A stretch of 64,000 nucleotides of DNA from a virus: positions 3,694 to 67,693 of IMG/VR virus record IMGVR_UViG_3300025736_000023. One strand, written 5' to 3'. The notes under the pieces were generated by a model. It made no database searches. It saw only the letters and a list, made by a program, of their open reading frames with translations, and was not told the DNA's origin. Shown one piece after another: positions 18,754 to 28,439 of this stretch. The position numbers were made by a program, and so were the translations under genes. The first letter of the stretch is position 1, and each line of letters begins with the position of its first letter.

Positions 18754-21700
18754 CTACCTCTTTAGTGTTTCTAACGCACGTTTGGAAGCATCTGCGATGG
18801 CCTCGTAAGAGGCTTCATAGGCAATCTCTCTAACTTGTTCTAGTGTTTCCTTAGAGGTGCCTGTAGGCAGGTTCCACGTATTTTGCTGTGTAATCTGAGT
18901 GGTCACTGTATTAGATGTGCTACCAAACTTTCCACCGTATGGAGGCTCTACAGGGTGGAATCTGTTATATGGTTCTCCTATGCGTCCTATAGGTGTAATT
19001 CCTCCTGGAGGCTCTACAGGATGGAATCTGTTATATGGTTCTCCTATGCGTACATCGTATCTGATATCTGGAGGCTCTACAGGATGGAATCTGTTATATG
19101 GTTCTCCTATGCGTACATCGTATCTGATATCTGGAGGCTCTACAGGATGGAATCTGTTATCGTAATCTTTTCTGGCCCATCTATCCCTAGCCTCTATATC
19201 TGTGTCAAATTGCCGATCTGCAACCGTTTTGAATAGCTGCTGATTCAAAGGACCAAAACGGCCTTCTAATGCACGAACAGTATCTGAATTGAGAACATAC
19301 TCCTTGCCAGCCTCGCCTAGCCAGTATTTTCCAAAGACTGCATAGCCTCCTGTCTGTCGCCCCCAAGGACGAGTATACCCAGGTTCGTCTCCACCTAATC
19401 TAGGGCTATCAGGTAGTTCAGGTATAGAATCAGCTAGGTCCTGTAGTTGATCCCAAATGTATTGGTAATCATCTAAAAATATCTCAACATCACGTAATAG
19501 CCTATCATAATGATCCTGATAGGAACCCTCTAGTTCATCCCAATATCCAGCCAGTTTGCGTAGCGCTGCTAGGTGAGCATCCCGTACTAGCTGCTCTTCT
19601 TCCTCTAGTTCTGCGGCTAGTTGGGCTAGTTGTTTTTCGTACTGTGCCTTTCTCTTTTCGTGCGCCTGTTTGTTCCTCTCATCTTCAGCTTCCATTGCCG
19701 CTTCAAACTGTAGCGCTGCGGTCTCTTCCTGGCGAGAAAACGCTTCGGCAGCCTGTTGCTTTGCGCGCTCATAATCTTCAGCGCGTCTCTCTGCGGATCT
19801 GGCATAGCTTTCGGCCTCCTGGCGTTGACTTTCCTCAAAGTGTTGCTGCTGCTGAACTCTCTGTTCTGCAAATCGCTCTCTCTCTTCTACTACTTGTTGC
19901 TCGTATGCTTCACGACGCAAGACACCTTCACGAGCAAAGTTCTCAGCAAGCTCTTGCCGCCGCAGTTCGTACTCGGCTTGCCGTTTTGCCTTCTGATCAG
20001 CATATCTAGTGGTCTCTTCAGCTACTTGTTCTGCATAGCGTGCTCGTTCCTCAGCAACACGCTCGTCATATTCTGCTTTACGATCGGCTTTACGCTCTTC
20101 GGCACGTTCTTTCTCTTCGGCAACCTGCTCTTCATACTCTTCCTGACGGCGTAATTTTTCCTCTGCCGCTTGTTCTTCTAATTCAGTTCTACGTTTCTCA
20201 TACTCGTCTTGTCGTTGCTGTCTCTCTTTTTCTGCACGCTCATTCTCTTTTTGTATGCTCTCTTCATAATCTTCTTGTCGCTTACGGGCTGCTTTTTCAG
20301 CACGCTCTTTTTCTTCTTTTACTTGCTCTTCGTAGTCCTCGCGTCGCTGCTTCTTTTGGTCTGCATAGCGCTCTTTTTCCTCATTGACACGATCCTCGTA
20401 ATCTTCCTGGCGTCGTCTTTTAGCATCAGCAAAATTCTCTTCTTCTTCTCTTGCGCGGTCTTCATAATCCTTTTTGCGTCTATCTTTGCCTATTTCATAA
20501 TCTTCGTTTGCTTCATCTCGATTACGCGCAAAGTCTCGTAGCTCTTTCAAAAGACCTCGTGCATCCCTAGTACGGATGAGATCGTTTAAGCGGTCTCGGT
20601 GGTCCTGTTCCATTCGCTCCATACGGAGCAAGTGATCTTCGGCAGCGCGTTCATCTGCTTTCTGAGCTTTTTCTGCCAAGTCTGAAATCTTTTTTGCGTG
20701 TCGTTCTGCATCGTCCTCTATAGCATCTTGGTAATCTTTATCCAGGTCTTCAAGGCGCTTTGCATGATCCTCAGCATCATCAATAATGTCTTCGTTATAG
20801 TCCTTTAATATGTCTGCTAATCTCTCGGCATGATTCTCAGCAGCTTCCTCTACAGCCTCATAATAGCTAGTCTCAAGATCTGCCAAACGCTCTGCATGTC
20901 GCGCCGCATCATCTGCTAGAGTCTCTTGAAGATCTTTGGCAATATCTGCAAGGCGTTCTGCATGACGTTCCGCTGCATCTTCTACTTCCTCGTGATAACT
21001 GGTCTCTAGATCAGCAAGACGTTCGGCATGTTGTTCTGCATCGTCTAAGGCATCCTCTTGGTACTGTTTCTCTATATCTGCAAGGCGTTCTGCATGTTCC
21101 TCAGCAGCTTCACGAATTGCTGTCTGGTACTCTTCCTCTAACTGGACCAAGTTTTGTTGGTGATCCTCAGTTATCTGTTGCTGCTGTTGCTGATATTCCT
21201 CAATAGCTTGAATGTCAGCGTTACGCGCATCTTCGCCTAACTCTATCAATCTAGCGTTATGTTCTGCAGCGGTATCCTCTAGTTCCTTGAGGTGCGCTAC
21301 CTCTGCATCTGCGATTTTTAGACGGTAATCTTCAAGGGCACGAACCTCCTTAAAAGCATAGTCCTCTTCCGCTTTTTGTCTGCTAAGAGTATAGTCTGCT
21401 AATCGTTTTTCTCGACTAGCTGCGTATTTTTCCTCTAAATCAGTCTTGCGCTGCAGATGAGACTCTGTAGCATCTTCTTGCCATTCAGCCCAAGAGGTTT
21501 GTGCAGCAGCAATCTTCTCTTCGTTTCTTATATGCAGTTGGAGAATGTCATTTTCATATTTTTCTTGAAGATCAACAAGTTTATCGTTGAGCTCTTTTTG
21601 TGCTGCTGCATCTGGTGATACACCCATACCTGGGGGGAACATACCTTCTTGAGCATCCTTTTGGGCCTTCTCTATATCCTTCCATCCTCGCATCCAGCCT

Positions 21701-24060
21701 TCTTCTTCGCCACCCATCCGCCGTTCGGCAAAGGCATCTGCTGTTTCTTGGACGCTATCTCGAATAGCACTGTGTATTTTTGCTAGTTCTGCACCCTGAG
21801 AAATCCAAGTCTTATTCTCGCCCAGTATATCCTGAATTAACTTCTCACCTTCTTCAGTACGAGCCACCCAATCTCCATAGGGGGCTCCAGCGCGTTGCTT
21901 ACGGAATAAGTCATCAAACATTTGTTGAGTAACTTGAGATTCTTTTTCTAACTGTTCCCTAATACTTTTTTGACGTGTTGTAGCTGCGATAACACCAACG
22001 GCTATTGGAATCAACCCAGCAGCTACAGCACCCCAAGCAGCAAAGGAGGCCGCTCCTACTGCGCCTGCAGTGCCTACTGCAACACCAGTGCCTCCTGCAA
22101 CTGCAGTTGTTGCTGCTGCTGATGCTACCTGAGCCGCAGTTATACTCTGCATTATAATAAAGTAACTGGCTACTGCTTGAGCCAACTGACCCATTGCAAT
22201 AGCAATACCGCCCAACACTAGACCACTACCTGCAGTAAGCATGGCTCCTGTAACTAGCATAGGATATTTATCTATTAAATCAGCAAGTTGCTGCATGACG
22301 CTAGAAAGCGTCTCCATAGCAGGTAATCCTGCTGTTACAAAATTCTGCCCCATATCCATGAGGGCTGCATCCCAGCGGGCGCGCATTCGTTTTGCACGCG
22401 AAGAGTCCTCACCTTCCCAGCGCGTCCACATTTGATCCCAAAGACTATGTGCTCCTTGCAATGCAGCGGTCTCTTCTTCAATAATGTTGATCCCTTCCTT
22501 CTGGCTTTTACGCATTTCCTCCATAAGAGTAATAAGGATAGGCACTTCACTAGCTCTTGCTATAGTAGCTATTAGAGCATTGCGCTGTGCAGCAGTCCAA
22601 TCTTCAGTAACAGCTACTAGAAACTCAATATATCTGGCCAGAGTTATAGCTTCGTCTTCAGGAAAGGCAATATCTTTCCAAGACTCGCCTAGTTCCTCAC
22701 TTAATCCAAGAGCCTCATTCATAGCATCGTTGTGGGCCTTTGTTGGCTTTAATAGATGAATAAACATCTGGTTCAATGCACGTCCTACACGGGTACCCTT
22801 TAGATTTGCATTTGCTAAGATACCAACCGTAGCAGTTAGCTCTTCAAAGGTTACTCCAAGCGCTGCAGCCATTGGTCCTGCATACGCAGCAGCATCACCG
22901 ATGTCTGTAACGTTGGCAAAGCTCTTAGCAGATACAAAGTTAAGTACCTCAGCAATGTGCGCAACATCATCGAGGTCCATCCCAAAACCTTGCATAATGC
23001 CACCGGCGATCTCCGTTACTGAGCCTAACTGTACCATGTTCATCGAAGCAAGTTTCTGCAGATCAATGGTTTGTGCTAGAATTTCGTTAAGGTCTTCCTC
23101 AGTTTGGATCACCACTCCTGTACCAGCAGCCCATAATCTCAAACCTTCAGCAAGTTCTGAAGGAGTGTACAATCCCAATGCTCTAGAACTATCCAGAATC
23201 TTCTCTTCTAAAACATCCTGCATCTCAGCTTGCATTTCCATAGCCATAGCTGCGCGGGTAGCTGCCTCATTGAAATCTAGGTAAGCTTCCGCAGCGGAAG
23301 TCATAAACTGGACAATTTCTTTACCTGTCCTAGTCATAGATCGACCTACAGATTCAAGTCCGTAGCCCAACCTGCGTAAACCAAACCATTGTAGAGATGC
23401 TTGGTTCAATCCTTCATTAAATGCGTCGAACCAACTCTCTACTACAGGTTGGGTAGTCTGCATAGTCCGGGCGACTTTGGATATACCAGTCCAGAAATCA
23501 ACATTAGTAGACCCGGCAGTACCACCTAATAGGGACATACCAGAAACTGCAGGGATACCAGTTTTACCAAGATTTACAATAATCTGTTGCAGCTTTTTAG
23601 CATCTTCCACCGCAGAATCGAAAACAACACTTCCCTGAGCTGAGATACGCTGGTATATTGCTCTTATCTTTGCTTCCATATCTGGTATGATAGACTGACC
23701 AACTATCTCATTTGAAGCCTTTCTAGCACTGTTAGTTAGCGGGTCGAAGACAGCCGCTCCAGCCCCAGTTATAACAGAGTAAAGATTCATAGTAGTGGTG
23801 CCCAAAGTGGCGACGCTACCTCTTACCTCATCTACTCGTTTTCTGTAATTACCGAACCGTCGAGTCTGAGAGGTGATGGACTTGTTGGTTATATCAAAAG
23901 CAGCCCCAAGGTCTCGCTCTGTTTCTGCGAGTACCTTGTTCGTTGCGTTGGCCTTTTCCAGAGTTTGTTCTAGGGTTTTAGCAATGGCTTTAGCCTTGCT
24001 ATCTATATTGCTCTCAATTAAATCTATCTCAAAGAGATATCTGGTTGTGTAATCAGCCAT
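18754..24060 (-). CDS. Tape measure protein
   Basis: TP901-like core (YAGPMAAALGV..EE...GILANA.LKG...G.AL), 1768 aa, follows the tail chaperones. Confidence 0.9.
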   Translation of the reverse strand: MADYTTRYLFEIDLIESNIDSKAKAIAKTLEQTLEKANATNKVLAETERDLGAAFDITNKSITSQTRRFGNYRKRVDEVRGSVATLGTTTMNLYSVITGAGAAVFDPLTNSARKASNEIVGQSIIPDMEAKIRAIYQRISAQGSVVFDSAVEDAKKLQQIIVNLGKTGIPAVSGMSLLGGTAGSTNVDFWTGISKVARTMQTTQPVVESWFDAFNEGLNQASLQWFGLRRLGYGLESVGRSMTRTGKEIVQFMTSAAEAYLDFNEAATRAAMAMEMQAEMQDVLEEKILDSSRALGLYTPSELAEGLRLWAAGTGVVIQTEEDLNEILAQTIDLQKLASMNMVQLGSVTEIAGGIMQGFGMDLDDVAHIAEVLNFVSAKSFANVTDIGDAAAYAGPMAAALGVTFEELTATVGILANANLKGTRVGRALNQMFIHLLKPTKAHNDAMNEALGLSEELGESWKDIAFPEDEAITLARYIEFLVAVTEDWTAAQRNALIATIARASEVPILITLMEEMRKSQKEGINIIEEETAALQGAHSLWDQMWTRWEGEDSSRAKRMRARWDAALMDMGQNFVTAGLPAMETLSSVMQQLADLIDKYPMLVTGAMLTAGSGLVLGGIAIAMGQLAQAVASYFIIMQSITAAQVASAAATTAVAGGTGVAVGTAGAVGAASFAAWGAVAAGLIPIAVGVIAATTRQKSIREQLEKESQVTQQMFDDLFRKQRAGAPYGDWVARTEEGEKLIQDILGENKTWISQGAELAKIHSAIRDSVQETADAFAERRMGGEEEGWMRGWKDIEKAQKDAQEGMFPPGMGVSPDAAAQKELNDKLVDLQEKYENDILQLHIRNEEKIAAAQTSWAEWQEDATESHLQRKTDLEEKYAASREKRLADYTLSRQKAEEDYAFKEVRALEDYRLKIADAEVAHLKELEDTAAEHNARLIELGEDARNADIQAIEEYQQQQQQITEDHQQNLVQLEEEYQTAIREAAEEHAERLADIEKQYQEDALDDAEQHAERLADLETSYHEEVEDAAERHAERLADIAKDLQETLADDAARHAERLADLETSYYEAVEEAAENHAERLADILKDYNEDIIDDAEDHAKRLEDLDKDYQDAIEDDAERHAKKISDLAEKAQKADERAAEDHLLRMERMEQDHRDRLNDLIRTRDARGLLKELRDFARNRDEANEDYEIGKDRRKKDYEDRAREEEENFADAKRRRQEDYEDRVNEEKERYADQKKQRREDYEEQVKEEKERAEKAARKRQEDYEESIQKENERAEKERQQRQDEYEKRRTELEEQAAEEKLRRQEEYEEQVAEEKERAEERKADRKAEYDERVAEERARYAEQVAEETTRYADQKAKRQAEYELRRQELAENFAREGVLRREAYEQQVVEERERFAEQRVQQQQHFEESQRQEAESYARSAERRAEDYERAKQQAAEAFSRQEETAALQFEAAMEAEDERNKQAHEKRKAQYEKQLAQLAAELEEEEQLVRDAHLAALRKLAGYWDELEGSYQDHYDRLLRDVEIFLDDYQYIWDQLQDLADSIPELPDSPRLGGDEPGYTRPWGRQTGGYAVFGKYWLGEAGKEYVLNSDTVRALEGRFGPLNQQLFKTVADRQFDTDIEARDRWARKDYDNRFHPVEPPDIRYDVRIGEPYNRFHPVEPPDIRYDVRIGEPYNRFHPVEPPGGITPIGRIGEPYNRFHPVEPPYGGKFGSTSNTVTTQITQQNTWNLPTGTSKETLEQVREIAYEASYEAIADASKRALETLKR
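18940..19160 (-). repeat. In-frame 63/66-bp tandem repeats in the TMP C-terminus
   Basis: tggaggctctacagg at 18940, 19006, 19069 and 19132; encodes NRFHPVEPP..RIGEPY. Confidence 0.9.
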
Positions 24061-24554
24061 TAACCACCCCTAACAAGTTCAGCTAATTGGAAAACTAGAT
24101 CCCCTTCTATAGCCTCAGCAAGCGCTTCTCTATAGCGCGGACCCACAGGGGCAATAGGTCGAGCAGGCATAAACCGTGTTCCTTCTTGGTGCCAAATAAA
24201 TCTAGGATCAGAGGTCCCGAAACGTAGTGTAAAGCTATTCGCCCCTAGAGGGATTTGCTCTACAACACCGCCACCCAGAAAAGACTCCTTAAAAGAGCCT
24301 GTTCGATACAGAATAGGGTGTTCTGGCGGAAAACCTAAGTACAATCGTTGAATAATCGTTGGAACAGCAAGAGAGAGCCACGGTGGGACTCCCTCTTCTG
24401 CAAACATACTTTCTATGTACTCTACATAATTACGGTGGGCTATCTCTGGAGCTATTTTGACAAAAGCACTAACTGCTCTTCCTGGTTTTGCTAATGTACG
24501 ACTAAAAGCGCCTTTGGAAGAAGCGCTGGGTTTCCAGCCAATTGCAAACAGCAT
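24060..24554 (-). CDS. Virion morphogenesis / tail completion protein (Mu gpG-like)
   Basis: F..EG.PPW..L, IL.RTG and HQ.GT..MPARP motifs. Confidence 0.7.
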   Translation of the reverse strand: MLFAIGWKPSASSKGAFSRTLAKPGRAVSAFVKIAPEIAHRNYVEYIESMFAEEGVPPWLSLAVPTIIQRLYLGFPPEHPILYRTGSFKESFLGGGVVEQIPLGANSFTLRFGTSDPRFIWHQEGTRFMPARPIAPVGPRYREALAEAIEGDLVFQLAELVRGG

Positions 24555-24560
24555 TGTGCT

Positions 24561-24863
24561 TTAGCCTCCTCTGGACTGAACTCCTGCAGGAGCCCCTTTC
24601 ATCATGTCTTCTATGCGCCTTCTCCGCCAGGCAATAGTAGCCAAGTCCTCCAAAAGCCACTCTGGTTGCTCTAGCAGCCCTCCATGGAAAGGTAAGAATT
24701 TCCAATCCATAGCTTCGAGCAGATTCCAAATACGCCAAGATTCTATAGGGCTATGGAGATCCCATTCAGGCGGATCCTCTCCAGACGGTCTCTTTCTCTC
24801 TGTGAGCCAAACGAGCAACTTCTGGTCTAGTTCTTCTCGTCGTTTGGCTCTAGCGCTTCCCCC
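24561..24863 (-). CDS. Tail assembly chaperone -1 frameshift extension (gpT-like)
   Basis: LP..GGLL.QP.W motif; frame open from the slippery site GGGGGAA. Confidence 0.75.
   Translation of the reverse strand, partial: GGSARAKRREELDQKLLVWLTERKRPSGEDPPEWDLHSPIESWRIWNLLEAMDWKFLPFHGGLLEQPEWLLEDLATIAWRRRRIEDMMKGAPAGVQSRGG
24804..24863 (-). promoter_or_regulatory. -1 ribosomal frameshift signal with downstream stem-loop
   Basis: GGGGGAA (24863-24857), then 6 nt, then an 11-bp stem GAGCCAAACGA/TCGTTTGGCTC. Confidence 0.75.
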
Positions 24864-25240
24864 TTCGTCTCCTCGACGGATTCTTTAGCCGCTCGTTGGA
24901 TGTCCCAATGAGGGTTCAACTCAAAGACAATTTGCTCCCATTGAAACACCATCACATCGGGAAGTACTAGAAAGGCGTCTGTAGACATGTCTTCTTCGAG
25001 CTTCTTTACACTTTTCCTGTGCTTAAATGTAGAAACAGACAAACAGGCAGGATAAGTATGCAACAACAGAAGTCGTGTTATCCTGGATTCAGAAGCCAGC
25101 TTTGTATCAGTTACAGCGGGTAGAGTATACATCTGCGCTACTAGAACAGATCTATGGATTCCATCTGCTACTGTAGCCTGTCTTACCGTGATATCTACAT
25201 TGTAGTTCTCGTCTTTGTAGGTCAGCACTTTTTGAGTCAT
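24827..25240 (-). CDS. Tail assembly chaperone (gpG-like)
   Basis: Between tail tube and TMP, carries the slippery site. Confidence 0.75.
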   Translation of the reverse strand: MTQKVLTYKDENYNVDITVRQATVADGIHRSVLVAQMYTLPAVTDTKLASESRITRLLLLHTYPACLSVSTFKHRKSVKKLEEDMSTDAFLVLPDVMVFQWEQIVFELNPHWDIQRAAKESVEETKGEALEPNDEKN

Positions 25241-25273
25241 AGGTCCCCCTCTTATCTAACGTCGAAACTTTGT

Positions 25274-26107
25274 CTAGTCCTTGTAGTCATACTCGATGAT
25301 GATCTTAGCACCGTCATCAGGAGCGCCTGCGGAGATTGTTACCACTCCGTCGGTCTCTGTATAGGCTGCTACAACCCCATCAATGTATACTTGGATGAAA
25401 CTGAGAGTCTGCAAGTGGGCACCTTGGGTGAGTGTAAATTCGTCTTCGATACCATCACCTTCAAAGGCATCCAACCAGAACTTGTATCTCGTCACAATCA
25501 TCAGCACAGGGGCCTTAGTAAAGCCGTGTGTCGCTGTCGAGAAGGACGTGCCAAACTCATCAAGAGTCACTGGGCTGGTGATGATACTATACGAGAACTC
25601 ACCTACGGCTGCATCTTCCATCGTAGCCGGTCTTACTGCAGCCTCACACGAGAGTAACATGTAGGTTTGCCAGCACTTCTGGCCGAAGGTATCACTTCCT
25701 TCCTCACTATCAATAGCTTCTCTGCAACCCCACAAGCATAGGGTTTCCTCACTCCCCTGCTTGTCAGTTGCCAGACCAACCCGTCTAGCCTTTGCAGATC
25801 CAAACGACTCAGTGTCAGTGATCAGTGCAATGGCAGCCAAGTTTGTCTTGGTCACTCTGAGCTCTGCAGATGGGTTCTCAGTAGGCGGTAGCTGGAACGT
25901 ATGGTACGGCTGGTCGTCCCCTCGCGCCGTCACACGCTGGGGCTCTGGAACAGCTAGTGTAAGTGCCAAAGCACCACTGATCTGTACACCATCGTATGCC
26001 ACTCCTGCCGCCGGGCTACCTGCTATTTGGATAGTCCCATCTGTGTCGCGCAATGCGACTCGCACCATCCTAAGACCTATTCCCGTAGAGATTTCATTCT
26101 GAGCCAT
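25274..26107 (-). CDS. Major tail (tube) protein with a C-terminal accessory domain
   Basis: N-terminal GLR.V..A motif; synteny. Confidence 0.7.
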   Translation of the reverse strand: MAQNEISTGIGLRMVRVALRDTDGTIQIAGSPAAGVAYDGVQISGALALTLAVPEPQRVTARGDDQPYHTFQLPPTENPSAELRVTKTNLAAIALITDTESFGSAKARRVGLATDKQGSEETLCLWGCREAIDSEEGSDTFGQKCWQTYMLLSCEAAVRPATMEDAAVGEFSYSIITSPVTLDEFGTSFSTATHGFTKAPVLMIVTRYKFWLDAFEGDGIEDEFTLTQGAHLQTLSFIQVYIDGVVAAYTETDGVVTISAGAPDDGAKIIIEYDYKD

Positions 26108-26110
26108 TTC

Positions 26111-26617
26111 CTAGCCTCCTTGTTTTACTACCCTGAACGCGTAACTGATCACCTCATATCCGACCGCAAAAGCCATATCATAACGATAGCCTGTGCGATC
26201 GTTGTAAGACAGAGAAAGGATACCCTGACCTTGCCCGGCTGCCAAATTCTGCATAAACACTGCTGGGCTCAGTATACTCATGATCTCCATGCGAGCTGTT
26301 CTAAGATTACGGTATCCTCTGGCTCTGTCGTACACCCTTATTGAAACAAACTGGAAAAAGTGTTGTGCAATGTGGGGAGCAGGACGTTCCCCAGCATCTT
26401 GCACTGAGATTGTCAGTACCTTGTCGGTCTCTTCTGCATCCCTCCTTGTACTTACAGCCCCCGCCAAAACACTTTCAGTAACATCGCCTGCTTCCAATAC
26501 ATTATCCGCTCCTGAGACGACTAAAGCTCTCAAGTCGGTTGCCAAAGCGTTTGTTTTGAGAAAGTCCCAAACTAATTGGGCAGAATCAATTGATACTACC
26601 ACGCCCAGCTCCTTCAA
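26111..26617 (-). CDS. Tail terminator-like protein
   Basis: Synteny and size; true start uncertain. Confidence 0.5.
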   Translation of the reverse strand: MKELGVVVSIDSAQLVWDFLKTNALATDLRALVVSGADNVLEAGDVTESVLAGAVSTRRDAEETDKVLTISVQDAGERPAPHIAQHFFQFVSIRVYDRARGYRNLRTARMEIMSILSPAVFMQNLAAGQGQGILSLSYNDRTGYRYDMAFAVGYEVISYAFRVVKQGG

Positions 26618-26801
26618 GAGCGATTTGCCACTCTCTCATATTGCCACATATAGGGCAAACCATTCGTACTACCACATAGCTCTCAGCTACAGCCACCTGC
26701 ACGGTCGTAGTTATTGACCAGCATATTCCGCAGCGGAAAACCCCAACCTTGTCTGCACTCGGTACAACTAAACTGTCTATTTGAGGCTCACTCACGCTCA
26801 T
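26586..26801 (-). CDS. Small Zn-ribbon protein
   Basis: CGIC...CPIC. Confidence 0.5.
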   Translation of the reverse strand: MSVSEPQIDSLVVPSADKVGVFRCGICWSITTTVQVAVAESYVVVRMVCPICGNMREWQIALEGAGRGSIN

Positions 26802-27168
26802 CTAAAACCACCTCATGCTTATAGGCATATTGTCCAGCATAAGCCACTCGGAACGTTCTTTTTATTGACGAACTTTGCTGTGTTGCTACAACTATATCTC
26901 TTGTTAACATACGAGTTGCATCGTATGGAGCCAATAGCGCCCAACCATAGTACCCTACAGGGTGCTCTCCACGTAATGCTGCTGCGTATGGAGTCTCCTC
27001 ACGGGGGGCTCCTCTAGCCCCTACAGGTTGAATACGCCCAACGAAACTAAAAGTGACTTCTTCATCATCAGGCGTGCGTCCTTCCCGGTATATTACAACG
27101 TCCCAAGGATCATCATTGATGATCTTGAGTGTATTTCGCTTTCTAACAACCAGGTTTACAGGTGTCAT
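26788..27168 (-). CDS. Head closure/stopper-like protein
   Basis: Synteny; beta-rich 126 aa. Confidence 0.5.
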   Translation of the reverse strand: MTPVNLVVRKRNTLKIINDDPWDVVIYREGRTPDDEEVTFSFVGRIQPVGARGAPREETPYAAALRGEHPVGYYGWALLAPYDATRMLTRDIVVATQQSSSIKRTFRVAYAGQYAYKHEVVLDERE

Positions 27169-27866
27169 CTCGCTATAGCTATCCCAGATCCGCCATACTT
27201 GCCCTCAACACCTCGATGCAAGCGTTGAGTTGTTGCCAAAAGATTACCAGGTATAAAATGAGCTGTCAATTTTTGAAGCCCCTCAGCATAGTCAGCCTCT
27301 AAAGCGGACTCATTCATACGGGCTTGCAAGTATACCGCTGTCGTCAGATCTGCAATGATATCAAGGTCCTCATCAGGGAGAGTATCATACCCATCTTCAG
27401 CAGTGTTCAAAACATGAAGCGCTGCGTAGACGATCTCTAGATCATCATCTCCAGCAGATGCGGGAGTTGGGAAAATTATCAACGTTTTATTACGCTGTAC
27501 CCAAGTCCCTTTCGTAGCCCGTATATGGGCACTTTGATTGATGTTGTCAATAACTCTATCCGAAGGCATGTGATATCTGGAAGTGCGATTCAGCAAGTAC
27601 ATTTGCTCGGCACCAGCGCGCATTTCGGCGAACAACTGTCCCGAGGCCCACCAATCGCACTCTAGCACCCACAGACAGTTGAGAGCTGACAGATCATATT
27701 CCTCTTCATCTGCAATGGTGGATATCTTAGTAGATGCTACTACAGGATTATACCTAGAATACTCTCGAACTGCATTTGCAATCATTCGATCCAGGCATTC
27801 GGTAGCAATCGTTTCAGTTGTGATGCGATCAGTAGTTACAGCGGTACGGATTACCGTTATCAGCAC
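27165..27866 (-). CDS. Head-tail adaptor/neck protein
   Basis: I..AV.EYS.Y.P, EY.L and L.IFPTP motifs. Confidence 0.6.
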   Translation of the reverse strand: MLITVIRTAVTTDRITTETIATECLDRMIANAVREYSRYNPVVASTKISTIADEEEYDLSALNCLWVLECDWWASGQLFAEMRAGAEQMYLLNRTSRYHMPSDRVIDNINQSAHIRATKGTWVQRNKTLIIFPTPASAGDDDLEIVYAALHVLNTAEDGYDTLPDEDLDIIADLTTAVYLQARMNESALEADYAEGLQKLTAHFIPGNLLATTQRLHRGVEGKYGGSGIAIAR

Positions 27867-28432
27867 CTAGTACCCCCTGCGTTAAAAGTAGCATAGAAAG
27901 CGTTCTGTCGCTCTTGTCTTACAATGGTTTTGTAGTGAAGCAATAAGCAATCATCTGGTGCCCTAATAAATGTTTCATACGGCGCTATAGGCCGTTCATG
28001 AAGCGCGCCAGCGAATCTGTAACCGCTACGAAATATCCTTGGGTGCCATTCGTAGGTATTTTTCCCGATTGGCTGTTTCCCTACGAGATTGTGTCTCCGA
28101 ATCCAAACGCCCCCTGTGCCCTGGAGTGGCTGCCAGTATGCTATCCATGAAAGCAACCTAACCGTAGGCAACTCGTCTGCATCAATCTGCAGTACCCATG
28201 GAGTAGTCACAAAGGCTAATCCTACATTTCTAGCTTCTCCGAACCCTCGCTCCATTGTAGTATGACACACACGAGCACCCAAATTCAAGGCTTCTTCTAC
28301 TGTGCCATCTACTGACCCGGTATCTGTAACGATAATCTCATGAACATGGGGGGCTACTCTTGATAGTAATCCATAGATAAATCCTTCTTCATTCTTTGTA
28401 AGAACGTGTAAGCTGAGTTTACTTGGCAGCAT
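27860..28432 (-). CDS. GT2 glycosyltransferase
   Basis: KNEE, IIVTDTGSVDGT, ARN, IDADE and LHE motifs; start taken at MLPSK. Confidence 0.88.
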   Translation of the reverse strand: MLPSKLSLHVLTKNEEGFIYGLLSRVAPHVHEIIVTDTGSVDGTVEEALNLGARVCHTTMERGFGEARNVGLAFVTTPWVLQIDADELPTVRLLSWIAYWQPLQGTGGVWIRRHNLVGKQPIGKNTYEWHPRIFRSGYRFAGALHERPIAPYETFIRAPDDCLLLHYKTIVRQERQNAFYATFNAGGTRC

Positions 28433-28439
28433 AATTATC

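Noticed and set aside
18940-19160. CRISPR mini-array
   Set aside because: The ~46-bp repeat has 17-20-bp 'spacers', two of them identical; unit lengths are multiples of 3 and in frame within the TMP; no cas genes
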